From Bugula neritina (Eukaryota; Animalia; Bryozoa), in assembly GCA_964035545.1 (NCBI GenBank), contig OZ037768.1, positions 1,604,384-1,668,383 of the forward strand: a DNA stretch of 64,000 bases. Reading direction: 5' to 3'. The translations under genes were made by a program, and so were the position numbers. Positions 39,281-52,154 of the stretch are shown here, in pieces; within the stretch, counting starts at the first letter, position 1; each line of letters starts with the position of its first letter. Below the pieces are notes generated by a model. That model saw only the letters and a program-made list of their open reading frames with translations, was not told where the DNA came from and searched no databases.

Positions 39281-40375
39281 CAGTGGTTCCCAATTTTTTT
39301 TCATACTATTCACCCCCCCTTTCATAAATGCTGACTATTAATTTCCTCCCTTTCGAAAAGTGAATAAAATGTATGACTGACATAATGTTGATATAATTAT
39401 GATACAATGCAATATATTTTGTTATATCATATTTGCATATAAAATAATTATCATAATAGTTATATCATTGTTGTTATTGTTATGTTATAAAGCACAGAGC
39501 TTCATTGCTGAATTGTGAGCCAACTCAGTGAAATCCTTCTGTAATTTCTGAAATCTTTGAGGGTTGCAATGGGTCACATGTCAAGTTAAGAATCTAGCTC
39601 TTTCTTTTTGTGAGGTAGCTCAGAGAAATACCATTAAAACTCCATTAAGAGTTCAAAGAGATGCTCAGAAGCTTTTTTGAAAAATGATCTGGAACAGGTG
39701 GTGTCCGGTAAAAATGGCACAGGTAAAAATGGCACAGGTAATAATGGCACAAATAAAAAATTAGGTAAAAATTGCATATTTTCAATACTAGGATTAAAGA
39801 TTTGAGTTGAGAGTTAGGAGTTCAGGATTGAGGGTTTGGGTTTTGGGAAAATTCAACACCAGTGTGCCATTTTTACCTAAAATCGGAACATGCTTTTCTC
39901 CTATAAGAGTTCATTGAGTGTGGGGAAAGACACCATGTTGTTGATAGAAACACCACCACTATAGTGCAACTTTAAAAACATTGATGCTGCTATGAAAAGC
40001 AATGAGATGATGACTGTGCTTCTGTATTTTTAGGTTAGAAATATTTAGTGCAGCAAATATATTCATTAGGTAAGTAGTACACAGCTCATCGAGATTGACT
40101 TACATGGCTGCTAAAAGTTGGCCTGTTTGTTTTTGCAAATTTTTCGACCTCCATTTGAAGTAGCACAGAGAGCAGTTAGAGTAGAAACCAACTAAGATTG
40201 CAGAATATGGTCTGGTTAAATAGATGAACTAAGATGAAGGTTTATAGATATACATGGAACTTGCAGGAGCTCAAAAAGCCCTCAACAAACTGCGTAAATT
40301 TTTCAAAATTCAAATTCCCCCTAAAATGTCCATATTCCCCCTAGGGAGGAATTCCCCCCAGGCTGGGAACCACTG
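39281..40375 (-). mobile_element. Internally deleted hAT (Charlie/Buster-type) transposon with a decayed transposase fragment
   Basis: TIRs CAGTGGTTCCCA...TGGGAACCACTG and a perfect 8-bp TSD ATCTAGTA on both sides. The minus strand at ~40075-39950 reads TYLMNIFAALNISNLKIQ...INVFKVAL*W, like the Buster-type YL.DIF..LN.LNL.LQ...AF..KL.LW segment. Confidence 0.92.
39700..39880. mobile_element. Short nested insertion with GGTAAAAATGGCAC sub-terminal inverted repeats and a (T)nGGG-rich spacer; Helentron/HINE-like or MITE fragment
   Basis: GGTAA(A/T)AATGGCACA x3 on the left, inverted GTGCCATTTTTACCT at 39864-39878, central gagttaggagttcaggattgagggtttggg tract. It interrupts the hAT element. Confidence 0.6.
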
Positions 40376-40599
40376 ATCTAGTAGAAAGGTATATTTTTGA
40401 GTTCGTTGGAACCAAAGGGTCAATAGATCACGCTGGTGGAAACATGTTATTGGGTAACTAGTGACAGTCTAACTTCTAAGCCCTAAGGCCTAAGCGGCAT
40501 ATCAACCAAGAGTAAGGCACCAACAACTCCAACTACTATGATAAAAAGCAGTTTTCTGAAGTTGTCTTCTTAGTATAAAATAAAGTTATTTCAAATAAC

Positions 40600-40625
40600 G
40601 CATTACACACTTCCGGTTTTCGTAA
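40600..40625. promoter_or_regulatory. ETS-like motif (CACTTCCGGT) upstream of the SFSWAP ATG
   Basis: Motif ~150 nt upstream of the start codon; motif match only. Confidence 0.35.
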
Positions 40626-40764
40626 CGACTTTCAATTATCTATGCACTATTTGTTGTAATTTAACAAAATGAAAATTTATGTATAACTTTTACTTGTAAT
40701 TAGAATTTACTACCTTCACGCTTGTTTTAGCACAATAAGCCTCTTCTCTTAAATATTTTCGGCA

Positions 40765-43700
40765 ATGGCTTTTTTACTTCATCCTAATAATACTGCAAGT
40801 GACAGAGACTCTCCAGCTGCTGTTGAAGGACATCAAAATGAAAATTTGCTCGTATTTGGCTACCACTGCAAACTATTTCGAGATGATGATAAAGCATTAG
40901 AAATTGATGCCGGAGCACACTTGATACCATGGATGGGAGATGAGAGCCTGAAGATTGACAGGTCGGTGGAAAGTTGATCTGATGCGCTCCCATTAGCATA
41001 ATCATAATGATTATGTATCAGATTCAGTCTCAGATAAACTCATAATCATGTTTATTTTAGTTGTCTTCACTTTCAGTCTGCGTCTTTACCGTGACGTTGA
41101 AGATGTCAAACTCAAACTGAAATTTAAATTCTAATTGAAATATTATTAAAGTAAAGGTCGCGAAAACTGACAAGTCAATATGGACAGTAACTCAAAAGCT
41201 GTCAGATTTATAAGATACTCACTCAGTCACTCTCATTCTGGTTCGTGAACCAAAGATGACGGTCACAGTGACTCTCAGAACATTGTTGATTCTGTCAAAG
41301 TTATAAGCTCATCATTTGATAGTTACTGAGTACTTCAACTTCTAGTATTGGCTAAAATACACTAGTTATATGTGTGACACCTAGCTCACCAAACTCTGAA
41401 GATGACATTTTGATTTGAATGTAAATGATAAGCTGAAAATGGGATCAAATTTTAAAGCCAGGTCTAATGGCAGACGCCGAGCTTATATATAACTGAGATA
41501 ACATCTAGTAAAAAACCTATTCATTTGAAATACAATTATGCTTATTTCCCCACAAATTTTATTTACAGCAGTTCAAATTGTAATTCAATTTTTGAACATT
41601 GGTAACAAGATCTTTTTTCTTTGGGCATCAGTTTATCACCAGTAAGAGAGTAAATTAAGAATTTTTTGTCATACTAAATATCTTTTTAGCTGTAAGTTGA
41701 ATTCTATATCAGAATTTTTTGAAAATTTATTTCCGTTTGAAAGAAGAAGGTGAGCAAAGTAACTGTGCAACGGCACGGTGCATAGGTTGTCAAAGGAGCC
41801 CTTACTAATCTCTTTCAATTAGTTTACTACCATCAGGTCCGATTGCAATTGATGAGTGCTGCCACAATATCTCATCTATTAAAGAATATTGTGGGTTTCT
41901 TGCCCACGCTAGCAATCTTTACCGGCTCTGTCCGGTTTGCTGCACAGATTGGAGTTGGCTTGGTGGACGGCTGAACACGTAAAATGGGTAATGTAAAGAT
42001 TGATTACGTACAGTGAGGCAGCTTTCAGTTGTCTGACATACTTATATTTGTCTATTACTCATTTGTCTGGTTATGAATCATTTTTAGTTATAGTTCCTGC
42101 ACTCTTGCTGTTCCTAACTATACAGGTTATACTGTTTGAACTGTAAAATAACTTATAAATATGTATTATTAATCTGCTTGTACTTTGCATACAATAACTG
42201 GGGTGTGTTTGGTTGTGCAGGTATGATGGGCGTGGTCACTTGTTTGACCTTGAACCTTACGACGCTGACAACGTACGAGATAGTGAGCTGAGTAGTGAGG
42301 AGATACGAATTGAAAGACTGTGTGAGGAAGAGCGCTACTTGGAGCTGCACACAGATCTGGCAGAGAAGGCTATCCAGGAAGGTACGTCGTGTCACAGTAT
42401 TTTATAACTCTGTCTCTTGTAGTTACTGGAGTGTCCCTTGTTCAGTTGCCTGCATCTACGTGGTCTCTTCCACTCTTTCTTTAAATCCCTTTCTTCTCCC
42501 CCCCCCCCATCCCCTCTATTCCCTTCCCCCCTTTCTCTCTCAATAGCTCTCGCTCCTTTCTTTTCCTCCCCCCTTTCTCTCCCTCTCTTTCTCTCTCTAT
42601 ATATATATATCTCTCTCTTTCTCTCCTGCTGATGCAAATAGTTGATTTACAATCCACCTGAAAGTATTTTCAAAGTTGATTTGGATGAGAAATGAGCTAG
42701 TGAGTAGATAGTAGATGCATCTTCTTAGTGATCACATATATCTAAGAAGGCATACAGCTGGTTTATGTTGTTTCAGAGGAAGAGATTAAAAGACTGAACA
42801 TGGAGTTGGCAGAGTCTGGAGGTTATCAAGCCGTAGGTTTCAGCTACGACCAGCCCAGCGCTACAGCAACTAGCGATGAACCGAGCGGTGAGTGAGAGAT
42901 GCCTACAGCTCATCTCTACGTTTCTGTCTGTTAATTCTGACATGTGAAATGTTTGTAAAGTATTTTCGTCTTTTAAATAATTTGTGAAAACTTTTACTAA
43001 TTGATTCAAAGCGTTGGGTTTTACCATGAGTCACGTCGTGTGCCTGTCATGTGACTGACATGTTTGTTTTGTGAATTCACCAGGAAACACAACCCCTAAA
43101 GAGGAAGAAGATGAGGACTTGGAGTTTATCCCCCCTGCAGAGTTGTGTTTACCTGCAGCCATGACATACGTAAGTGTATTGTAACAGTGTGTTGGTATTC
43201 ATGTCACTCAGTCAGGAGTTGTCTGTTCTTCTTGTCTGTAATAAACTGGAAGAGGTTTAATTTTATGTATAAATCAAATAGAACTGCTTTTAACAGCAAG
43301 CATGGTAGATGGACTGTGAGAATGAGTTATTTAACAGTTCTGGGAGTATAATAGGCGTGACCTTATTATATGATACCACCATGTGTAAGAATATATAAGA
43401 TTCATAGCAAATCTAATATGCAGCAGTTTGTGGTTTAGATCCTGTTTTAAAGGCATTAGAAACTTGTTTGAAAGTATTAGATGAGTTCTGTTATGACGCC
43501 TCTGTACAGTAAAAGCTGCAAACTTGAGCTAAGAATTGTCAGCAGATTAATATTCGGGTATCAGTTGCCTGTCTACCTTGTGTTACCTTGTGTCATGTAT
43601 TGGGAGTTTTCCTCTCCACTCAATGGAATCGCAGCGTATATCTTCTGTATCTCTTCCCTTAGCCCAAGGGCACTAAACTCAATTCTCTGATTGAGAAGAC

Positions 43701-46700
43701 GGCCAAGTTTGTCAGCTCCCATGGCGGTCAAATGGAGATCATGATTAAGACGAAACAGTCCAACAATCCGCAGTTCCAGTTTCTCAACTTTGAGCACCAT
43801 CTCAACCCGTACTACAAGCACCAGGTGAGTTTTCTATCTTCTAATAACCAGAGCAAACAGTGGACAGCTACTCTTGCTGTAAAGATGCTAAGCTGTCAGT
43901 TCAAGGGGTGTATTATGGTCAGGGGGTTAATTACTATAGAGATATATTATATTACTATAGAGTTATATTATGTTACTATAGAATTATATTATATTACTAT
44001 ATAGAATTATATTATATTACTATAGAGATATATTATGTTACTATAGAGATATATAATGTTACTATATAGATATATTATGCTACTATGTAGATATATTATG
44101 TTACTATGTAGATATATTATGTTACTATAGAGATATATTATGTTTGTTTTCCATTTCAGGTGTACATGATAAAGAATGGCAGATATAACCCTGACATACA
44201 CAACAAACCCCCTCCTCCACCCTCTAATACAAGTAGGTTACCTGACTCCTTACTAGACAAGTAGGTTACCTGACTCCTTACTAGACAAGTAGGTTACCTG
44301 ACTCCTTACTAGACAAGTAGGTTACCTGACTCTTTACTAGACAAGTAGGTTACCTGACTCTTTACCAGACAAGTAGGTTACCTGACTCCTTACTAGACAA
44401 GTAGGTTACCTGACTCCTTACTAGACAAGTAGGTTACCTGACTCTTTACTAGACAAGTCTGCTAAATGTCTAGCTAGGTGTTCTTATTCGGTATTCTTAG
44501 CAAAAGCTGAAGGCCTACATGTTTTGATACTAGATACGTGTATAAGGAGTTACCTTCTCTTTGTCATTTTGCTTCAATTAGTTTGTGAGATAACAAAAGT
44601 AAATATATACTCAGAGCCATAGCCTAAGTTTCCTTCTTGCTCTCTATAGTCGGGTGGTTGATCTACTACTCGGGGTTACATGTTTATCTTACTCATGGAG
44701 TAGAGTGGATGAGTAACGGAGCTTGTTGTACTCTGCAGTGGATTCTAGTAATGACAGCGAGGATGAAGGGGACTCCAGTGGATACCTCCACCCGAGTCTA
44801 CTCGCTGCCAAGACAGCGCCGTCTACCCACCAATCAGAGCTCACCTCCTTGCCTCACGTCCAGTACACGCAGTCTCAGCTGGAGAACACCTCCTACGGCA
44901 GACTGCTGAAGAAGATCTCCATCAACCAGCCTCTGATGTCTAACAGTCCTCAGCGTATCAGCACACCGACCTTCAGGTGACCTTCCTTCACCCTCTACTC
45001 GTATACATGTATACACTGTCATAGTACTACCCTGTAGTATAGTGTTACACTACAGTTTAGTAACGCAGTATTACACTGTAACGTAGTTCTCTTGATTATT
45101 GCAACGGGGCATTTAATCGCTGACCAATTAGGAAATATTGTTGTGAATTATTTTACTCAGCAGCTGCATGACTGATGAATTATAACAGGGGTGGCTCTCT
45201 CCAGGGGGTTATTCTGTCATGGCCAACCCCAGTGTTGACTAGTCCTATGAGTAGTGTGGTTACCAGTTACTAGCACTAGTCAATGTACTGTGAATGGTAC
45301 TATTACCTAGTTATAGTTATTAGAATAAGGTAACTGGAAATCAAACTCGTACTATGGGAAGATAACTCTCATAGCTTTCAGTCATAATTATTCTCTGAAT
45401 TGGAGTGTATTCCACAGTACACGATGTATTCCACAGTACAAGATGTATTCCACAGTACACAATGTATTCTACAGTACACGTTGTATTACACAGTACACGA
45501 TGTATTCCACAGTACACGATGTATTCCACAGTACACAATGTATTCTACAGTACACGTTGTATTACACAGTACACGATGTATTCCACAGTACACGATGTAT
45601 TCCACAGTACACGATGTATTCCACAGTACACGATGTATTACATTCATACTCTTTTCAGTACACATTGATTATTTCTCCTTGTTATTTTCTGCAATAATTC
45701 TGCATGTCACATTTTCACTGAGTTCTCATCTGCTTTGGTGTTTGGATGTATACGGATCTCTTCAACACAGCTGGTCATGTGATGCGTACGTTCACAATCT
45801 CATACCTGGCCGCATCACATGACTCATCCTTTCACATCGTCCTCCGCAATGAATCAACCTGACTTCGCTCTGATCATTTATTTCTCATTTGTAACCGAAA
45901 TAAATTATATTTGGTAATCTGCCTACAAATAAATTTAAATAGCTGAATATTTCAACTTGAAACGTTTGCTTCCTGTCTGTTAGTCAGCTGGTGATACTGA
46001 CATGTTTGGTGTTGAGTTATCTACCGGATTACGTGTAGAAGAGGGTGCTGCAGTTATATATCAGATGTGTGCATTCATAGCAGTGACTTGCCAACTCGTT
46101 CACATATCTGAGGGAATGATGCGCGTCACTCGAAGAAGACTCGTATTGATTTATTGCACGTCGTAGTGGCAGTGTGCCATCACATCGTGTTTGAAGATTA
46201 CTCCATTTACCAGGTTACCAGGCAATCAATTTGGATTAATTTTGTTTTTCTCTTCATTTGACAAACGATTTGTAGTTGTTAAATTTGGGTGTTTTAAGCC
46301 AGGTGACATAATTTTTATGTCATTTTAAATTAATTTTAGATTTAATTGGCGATGGCAATCGCATTAACCCCCACTTCTCTACAGTCTTTATTCCAACTGT
46401 TTTTCCTAAGAAAAATATCTCAGATTTTTCCGTCCAACCCAGTTATAAGGATTCCTTGTCTGTTATTTATTGAAATTTGTATTTCACGAAGTAATTTCCT
46501 CTGTTTCTCTAGTGACACGGATAGCAATAGTCAGCCCGTTGCCAGTGAAGGGGCCGTATCAGCCGCCACCCACCAATATGCTCACACAGGGGAGGCCACT
46601 GAGGCTAACGGCTACTCGTACAGCGCAGATGCTGCCGCCTACTACTCTAACTATTATAATACCTACGATGTGGAGCCAGCCTCTAGCAGGTAAAGTTACC

Positions 46701-49700
46701 TGCACACTGTCTACCTGCCGTTTGTTTGTCCTTCATTTCTCTGATATACTGATATACTCCAGTCTATGATGTGCTGAACTGTACCACTTTGCGGCATATT
46801 GTAGCACTGTGTGATATTGTGTGACATACTGTAGCACTGTGTGACATACTGCAGCACTGTGTGATATTGTGTGACATACTGTAGCACTGTGTGACATACT
46901 ATAGTACTGTGTGACATATTGTCTGACATACTGTAGACCCCCGTCTCCCCCTGCTGACGTAAAGCCGCTGATAGACCGGCTAATCAGCTACGTCAAGAAG
47001 GACGGTGAAGCGTTTGAGAAGCAAGTTCTGTCACGTAAAGACGACAGGTTTTCCTTCCTTCAGCCCGGCAGTGATTACTATGATTATTATGTGTGGAGAA
47101 AGCATGTGGAGCTGGTAGGTGAACTCTCCTTGCACGTGCTCAGTGAACCTTCTTGTCCCATGATTACATGTTTACTTTCACAGTTACTCTAATGATACGT
47201 ACACGCTGTCATTAGAGCTGCAGGTCATGCTGCATAGCCGTGTTCGGTCAGCATTTGCCCTACTTAATACCAGGAATATTCCAGGGCAGCTATTTGACAC
47301 CTTTCTAGATGCTAAGAGTTTAGTGTGTGAACATTTGGTTTAGTCTCGGTTTCATACCCAGTCTTGTATCGACAGGGGCTAGTAGAAGACAACTCCAAAT
47401 CAAAAGGAGTGAGTTTCAGCATAAAGCAGAAGGAGCCCGAGGCGAGCTCAATCAGCGCGAGCCGAGTGGCTCTGCCGGTGGACCCCGAGAGTGATGACGA
47501 GGAGGGCAGCAGCACTGCAGGTGACCCTCGCTGACGTAGATATTCAACCTCACTCTCAGCATTAGGCGTGCTAGATGACATCATCTATATATTATATATA
47601 TATGTATATCTGTATGTTGTTGCATTCCAAGTGTGTATTTGTAACTTTAGATGGAAGCCATCCAAGTCACAGCGCGCATACGAGTAACAGTGCTGCAGTA
47701 ACCGTCTCTCAGTCTAACACCAGCGGCAGGGTGGAGGAGAGACCTCCCCTCTCCGAGGAGTCTGTGCAGAAGAAGATAGGTGAGAGACATGACTAGTGTG
47801 TTACGTGTGCTATATACATGTGTGTGTTATATTTCCTTTGAGGATCAGTATTGTGTGGCCACACATACTCCAGTTACCCCCCGCCAAGTGTATCATCTTG
47901 AAAACTCGTGTTGTTTCAGCCGAGCAGAAACTGAGAGACAAGCTTGCTGCCGCTGCCAGAGAAAAGATGACGCAGGTGACGCAGAACACCAAGGACAAGT
48001 CTCTGCAGGCCGAGCGCAAGCGCAAGGCCGCCATGTTTGTTACGATGTTGAAGTCGAAACAGAAGAGCTCTGCTGGCGCTCCGACTGCACCCACCTCCGG
48101 TAAGTTATCTGTGTCATGTGACGGGTAAGTAGTACGTGTCATGTGACAGGTAAGTAGTACGTGTCATGTGACAGGTAAGTAGTACGTGTCATGTGACAGG
48201 TAAGTAGTATGTGTCATGTGACGGGTACGTTATCTGTGTCATGTGACAGGTAAGTAGTACGTGTCATGTGACAGGTAAGTAGTATGTGTCATGTGACAGG
48301 TCTGGTTGGAAGGTAAGCAGGTGTGCCTATCATTCTGTTGATGGATCAGTTTCCTTGAACTACTGAATATCACCGACTCTCTAGTCTCACCGTCATGTCA
48401 TTAACTGTGTGTCTGTCTGTGTGGCGCAGGGCAAGAGTTACCTCCTCCCGACCCTCAAAGACTCTCCTCCCGAGGCAACTCCTCCCACTCTCAGCGACGT
48501 GACCACCACTCTGACGTGTCGTACCGTCTCCATGACAACCAGCACCACAGTCACAGCAGGTCGATGTCAAGGTCACCTCCATCCGCCTACTCTGTTAAAG
48601 TTAACAGGTAAGTAATGCTGTTAAAGTGACTAGGTAAGTGATGCTGTTAAAGTGACTAGGTAAGTGATGCTGTTAAAGTGACTAGGTAAGTAATGCTGTT
48701 AAAGTGACTAGGTAAGTGATGCTGTTAAAGTGACTAGGTAAGTGGTGCTGTTAAAGTGAATAGGTAAGTAATGCTGTTAAAGTGAATAGGTAAGTGATGC
48801 TGTTATAATAAATAGGTAAGTGATGCTGTTAAAGCGAATAGGTAAGTGATGCTGTTATGTTGAAGTTCACAGCTTGCTTATGTCGTGTGATCTCATGAAT
48901 CCTTCACGCCCAAACATTCAGCTCTTTTTGTTGCTTTTTTATATTGTTTTCTATACTTGCATTATTTGAAAGTTATTTTGTGTCTGCACAAGTTTCACTT
49001 TATGAAGAGGGGGGAGGCTGTGTTAACGTTTGATATAGCAGGTGTAGAGAGTCGTATGATAGTCGCATGATGGCCAATTTGCAGTGCACTCTGGTGACAC
49101 TGGTGAGTGAGTGGACTGTGAAAAGGTTTCAGTGCATGACTGCCTGCATCAAGTTCAGTTTGACCAAAGTTAATTGTTGTGTGAGCGGTGTGCGCGAGTT
49201 TAAGGCTATGCCAGTGCAAGCCTCTTCATGCTGGTCCTCATGCAATGATTAATGAAGTCATTAGAATTTAATGGTTTAGTGACTTTTATGGTGCGTATTA
49301 ATTACTTTGTGTCCTCACGTTATGTAATTACTGGTGTGTGTCTACCAATGAGTACTGTGTGCTTATTCTAGGAGCAGGGAGTCTCATTCACGCTCCAGCA
49401 GACACAATGACTCATACTCTAGCAGCGGCAGCAGGCACAATGACTCATACTCTAGCAGCGGCAGCAGACACTCTGGTAGGAGGCGGGCAGACGATAGAAG
49501 TCATCATAGTAGGAGACGTCGGTCGCCCTCCCCTACACATTCATCTAAAGCCAAGTCTAAGCACCGAGTTTCACAGTCTACTGATAGTGTGAATAGAGAG
49601 TAAGTGTTGGGGTGTTACCATGGTAACATCCAATGCAGTGTCAGCGGCTTATAGTTTGCAATTCGTATATTTACATTTGCTATTCTTCCGCATGTCATAA

Positions 49701-50250
49701 TTTTAAAGACACAATTGTTCTATTGTCACAGGTTGGCGCCAGGTTTAGGGACGTCTCTCAACCCTCCCATACCAGAGGCCTATGCAAGAGAAGCAGCCGA
49801 GGCTGCCATATCTCCACCTCAGGCTGACGATAGTCGAGTAGGTATTGCCTGATGCAAGTGAACTCGATTTTAATCTTGTTTTTAATTAAAGTCTCAGTTT
49901 GTGCTGCGCTGTGTCGATATAGTAATTGTTTTTGAAGATTTAGTAAAATGATATATTGCTATATATTGGAGTATGAAAATCAATGAAATTTCATTAAATT
50001 TATGAAACTAATACGCATTTGGACATTACTTATATCTACTTCTAGTGTCATCCACTCTTGTCATCGTCATTGTCATGTCTAGTCTTTTCTTTAACTCCAC
50101 TTTCAACAGATGATCACGTATCCATGTTATGTAATATCTCTATTGACATCAATATGTTATGTTTTGTCATAGGAGTTTATGCTGAAAGTAAGAAAGATGC
50201 TGAAGGAAAACCGACATGCCGTATATAAAGAGGACATGTTTGGAAATTGA
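40765..50250 (+). CDS. SFSWAP: Splicing factor SWAP / suppressor of white-apricot; exons 40765-40961, 42221-42381, 42777-42887, 43084-43169, 43663-43824, 44160-44232, 44739-44976, 46513-46689, 46937-47114, 47376-47520, 47651-47779, 47920-48099, 48430-48607, 49372-49599, 49732-49837, 50173-50250
   Basis: [42 protein letters not shown] (DRY_EERY domain), two SURP domains ([19 protein letters not shown]; [22 protein letters not shown]), [18 protein letters not shown], an RS-rich region and a C-terminal MLKVRKML. Confidence 0.95.
43932..44143. repeat. 21-bp minisatellite (tattatgttactatagagata) before the SFSWAP exon 6 acceptor
   Basis: About 10 copies ending ~16 nt before the acceptor at 44159. 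Confidence 0.9.
44229..44458. repeat. 28-bp minisatellite duplicating the SFSWAP exon 6 donor
   Basis: Unit acaa|gtaggttacctgactccttactag, 8 copies. Confidence 0.95.
45406..45642. repeat. ~19-21-bp minisatellite (ccacagtacacgatgtatt) mid-intron in SFSWAP
   Basis: About 12 copies with higher-order variants; source of several spurious ORFs. Confidence 0.92.
46795..46936. repeat. 20/30-bp minisatellite duplicating the SFSWAP exon 9 acceptor
   Basis: Unit gacatactgtag-cactgtgt; the real acceptor reads gacatactgtag| at 46936. Confidence 0.9.
48100..48300. repeat. 25-bp minisatellite starting at the SFSWAP exon 12 donor; units run GTAAGT...TGACAG
   Basis: Unit gtaagtagtacgtgtcatgtgacag, 8 copies. 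Confidence 0.95.
48592..48857. repeat. 26-bp minisatellite duplicating the SFSWAP exon 13 donor
   Basis: Unit ctgttaaagtgactag|gtaagtgatg, ~10 copies; the exon end is ctgttaaagttaacag|gtaagt. Confidence 0.95.
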
Positions 50251-52028
50251 ATTTTGTTATAAATTTATGAACCATGTAAAATACTTTTTAATGTAAATAG
50301 TAATTATATGTAAATACTCCGGAATCAATGTTTATTTGTGATTTTATATCGAAGGTGCAACTTATTATGTACAAGATTATTTTGTATTATAAATTGGGTT
50401 ATAAAACCACTGCCATAATTTGAAATTTTGCAGTGCAACTGCTTTTAATAAATTCAATAAAATTTCATCAATACAGCCACAGTTAGTATGAGCTACTCTT
50501 CGGTGAGCTGTGCTTGTCTTATGACACTTGCCAGCTCTGGTAGTGCTTTATTCCTTAGTCTCTCATAGTTTAAAAGTTCGAAAATTGCATATCACTTCAA
50601 CATTTAATGTAGAGTGAGATATTTGGATAATTTGTATTTGCTACACCAGAATGTAAATTTTATATTAAAGTCACTGAAACCAAGTACCAGAACATTTAAA
50701 AGTGATCCAATGTTTATAATCAACACTTTTATTGTATGGATATTTTTGGGTGCTATTAACTTCGAAATCTGCTTAAAGTAACATAAATGCATCCCACAAA
50801 TTAAACGAAGCAAGCCTCTTCATAATATTTATCTCACGTGAATTTCTGTTCCTTATGACCGTGCCTATAAACTGTAAATTGCTCCAACTCCTTGCTATTA
50901 ATTCTAAATCTATACATTTTTGTAACCCACTGCTCTCGAAATAATATGGTTTAATGAAAAATGGGGTTTGAAGCTTTGCCATTCTGCTTGAGATCAACTT
51001 AATCCAGCACTTGGTGTGTATGTCACATCATGCTTTGACACCTCCTAAACTTGTCAATTACTGCTGAATGACAGTTATTCATTTCGTGGGATCTGAATCA
51101 TAAGCCCTAAAGATGGTTTGGTACCAGATAATTGTGTTAATTAACATCGACTCCATCCCCAAGCAGGATCTTGCTAAGACATTATAATTTGGCTGTTCTC
51201 GAACAAGTTGAGTCAAAGCAAATATCTGCTGGTAAGTATAGCATTTAATTTTAACAGTTTTGTTTTGAAAATAGTTAAATTTTACATATATAGTATATTC
51301 TATATACTAATACATGTGTTGATATATTATGATATACAACTTAATGTTATTTAGCCATTACTTGGACAACTTTTTTATTTTGAAGCTTTTAGTAATAATA
51401 CCAAATATTAATGTTGAAAGTTTCAAATTTGCTTTAGTTAGAAAAAAAGACTTGAAGCTAAAATAAGAAATTTTTAGTGAGTTTATTTGATAACAACATT
51501 TTATTTTGTATAAACATTAGAAAATTTGTAAAAGTTAATGTATCTATTTGAGATAGTGAACTATATACATAAGCAATTGTTAAAGCTTCGTTTAGTTAAT
51601 TATTATATTTCAGCTACCTATGTAATTAGTTAACCAAAGCTCATGGCTGCTGTTTATTATCTAGCTATATGCAAAGATGTTGCGATTCCTAGCTGCTTGT
51701 ATTAAAAATTACCTCTTTTGTAGTGAGCAGCTTTACATTGAATAAAAAACATCATTGTCTCTCCACCTAACTTTCATATCTACAGTATACACTAACCTAT
51801 TTCTAGCAAACAACTTAACAAAGGCTGTTAAATGAGGTTTGTGTGATACTAAGTAGTCTGTTTTAAAAGTACAATATAATAGCTGAGGGCTTAAAAATGA
51901 CAATGTTTCTCTTACAAATATACTGTTCAAATGTTCAAATGCTTTTTAAGTCAAGTTGAAAAAGTTTGCATACAATTTTTTCGCGGAAAATGAATAAATA
52001 ATATATATGTAGTTAAAATTTATTGAAA

Positions 52029-52154
52029 CGCAAAAATAAATATGGTCAATGTAATTTTCATGAAACGCTTCAACAAACCCTTATATATAAAATATAACAT
52101 ATTTTATATATAAGGGTTTGTTGAAGCGTTTCATTGACCATATTTATTTTTGCG
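52029..52154. repeat. Long inverted repeat (fold-back, ~56-bp arms, 3-nt loop)
   Basis: cgcaaaaataaatatggtcaatg..aaacgcttcaacaaacccttatatataaaatat-aac-atattttatatataagggtttgttgaagcgtttcattgaccatatttatttttgcg, with one ~11-nt bulge. Confidence 0.9.

Noticed and set aside
41845-41980. C/D snoRNA (TGATGA ... CTGA) in SFSWAP intron 1
   Set aside because: No terminal stem, imperfect C box context and no recognisable rRNA guide.
48100-48300. Each 25-nt GTAAGT...CAG unit as a real micro-intron
   Set aside because: Below the usual metazoan minimum intron size and lacking a pyrimidine tract; kept only as decoy or alternative donors.
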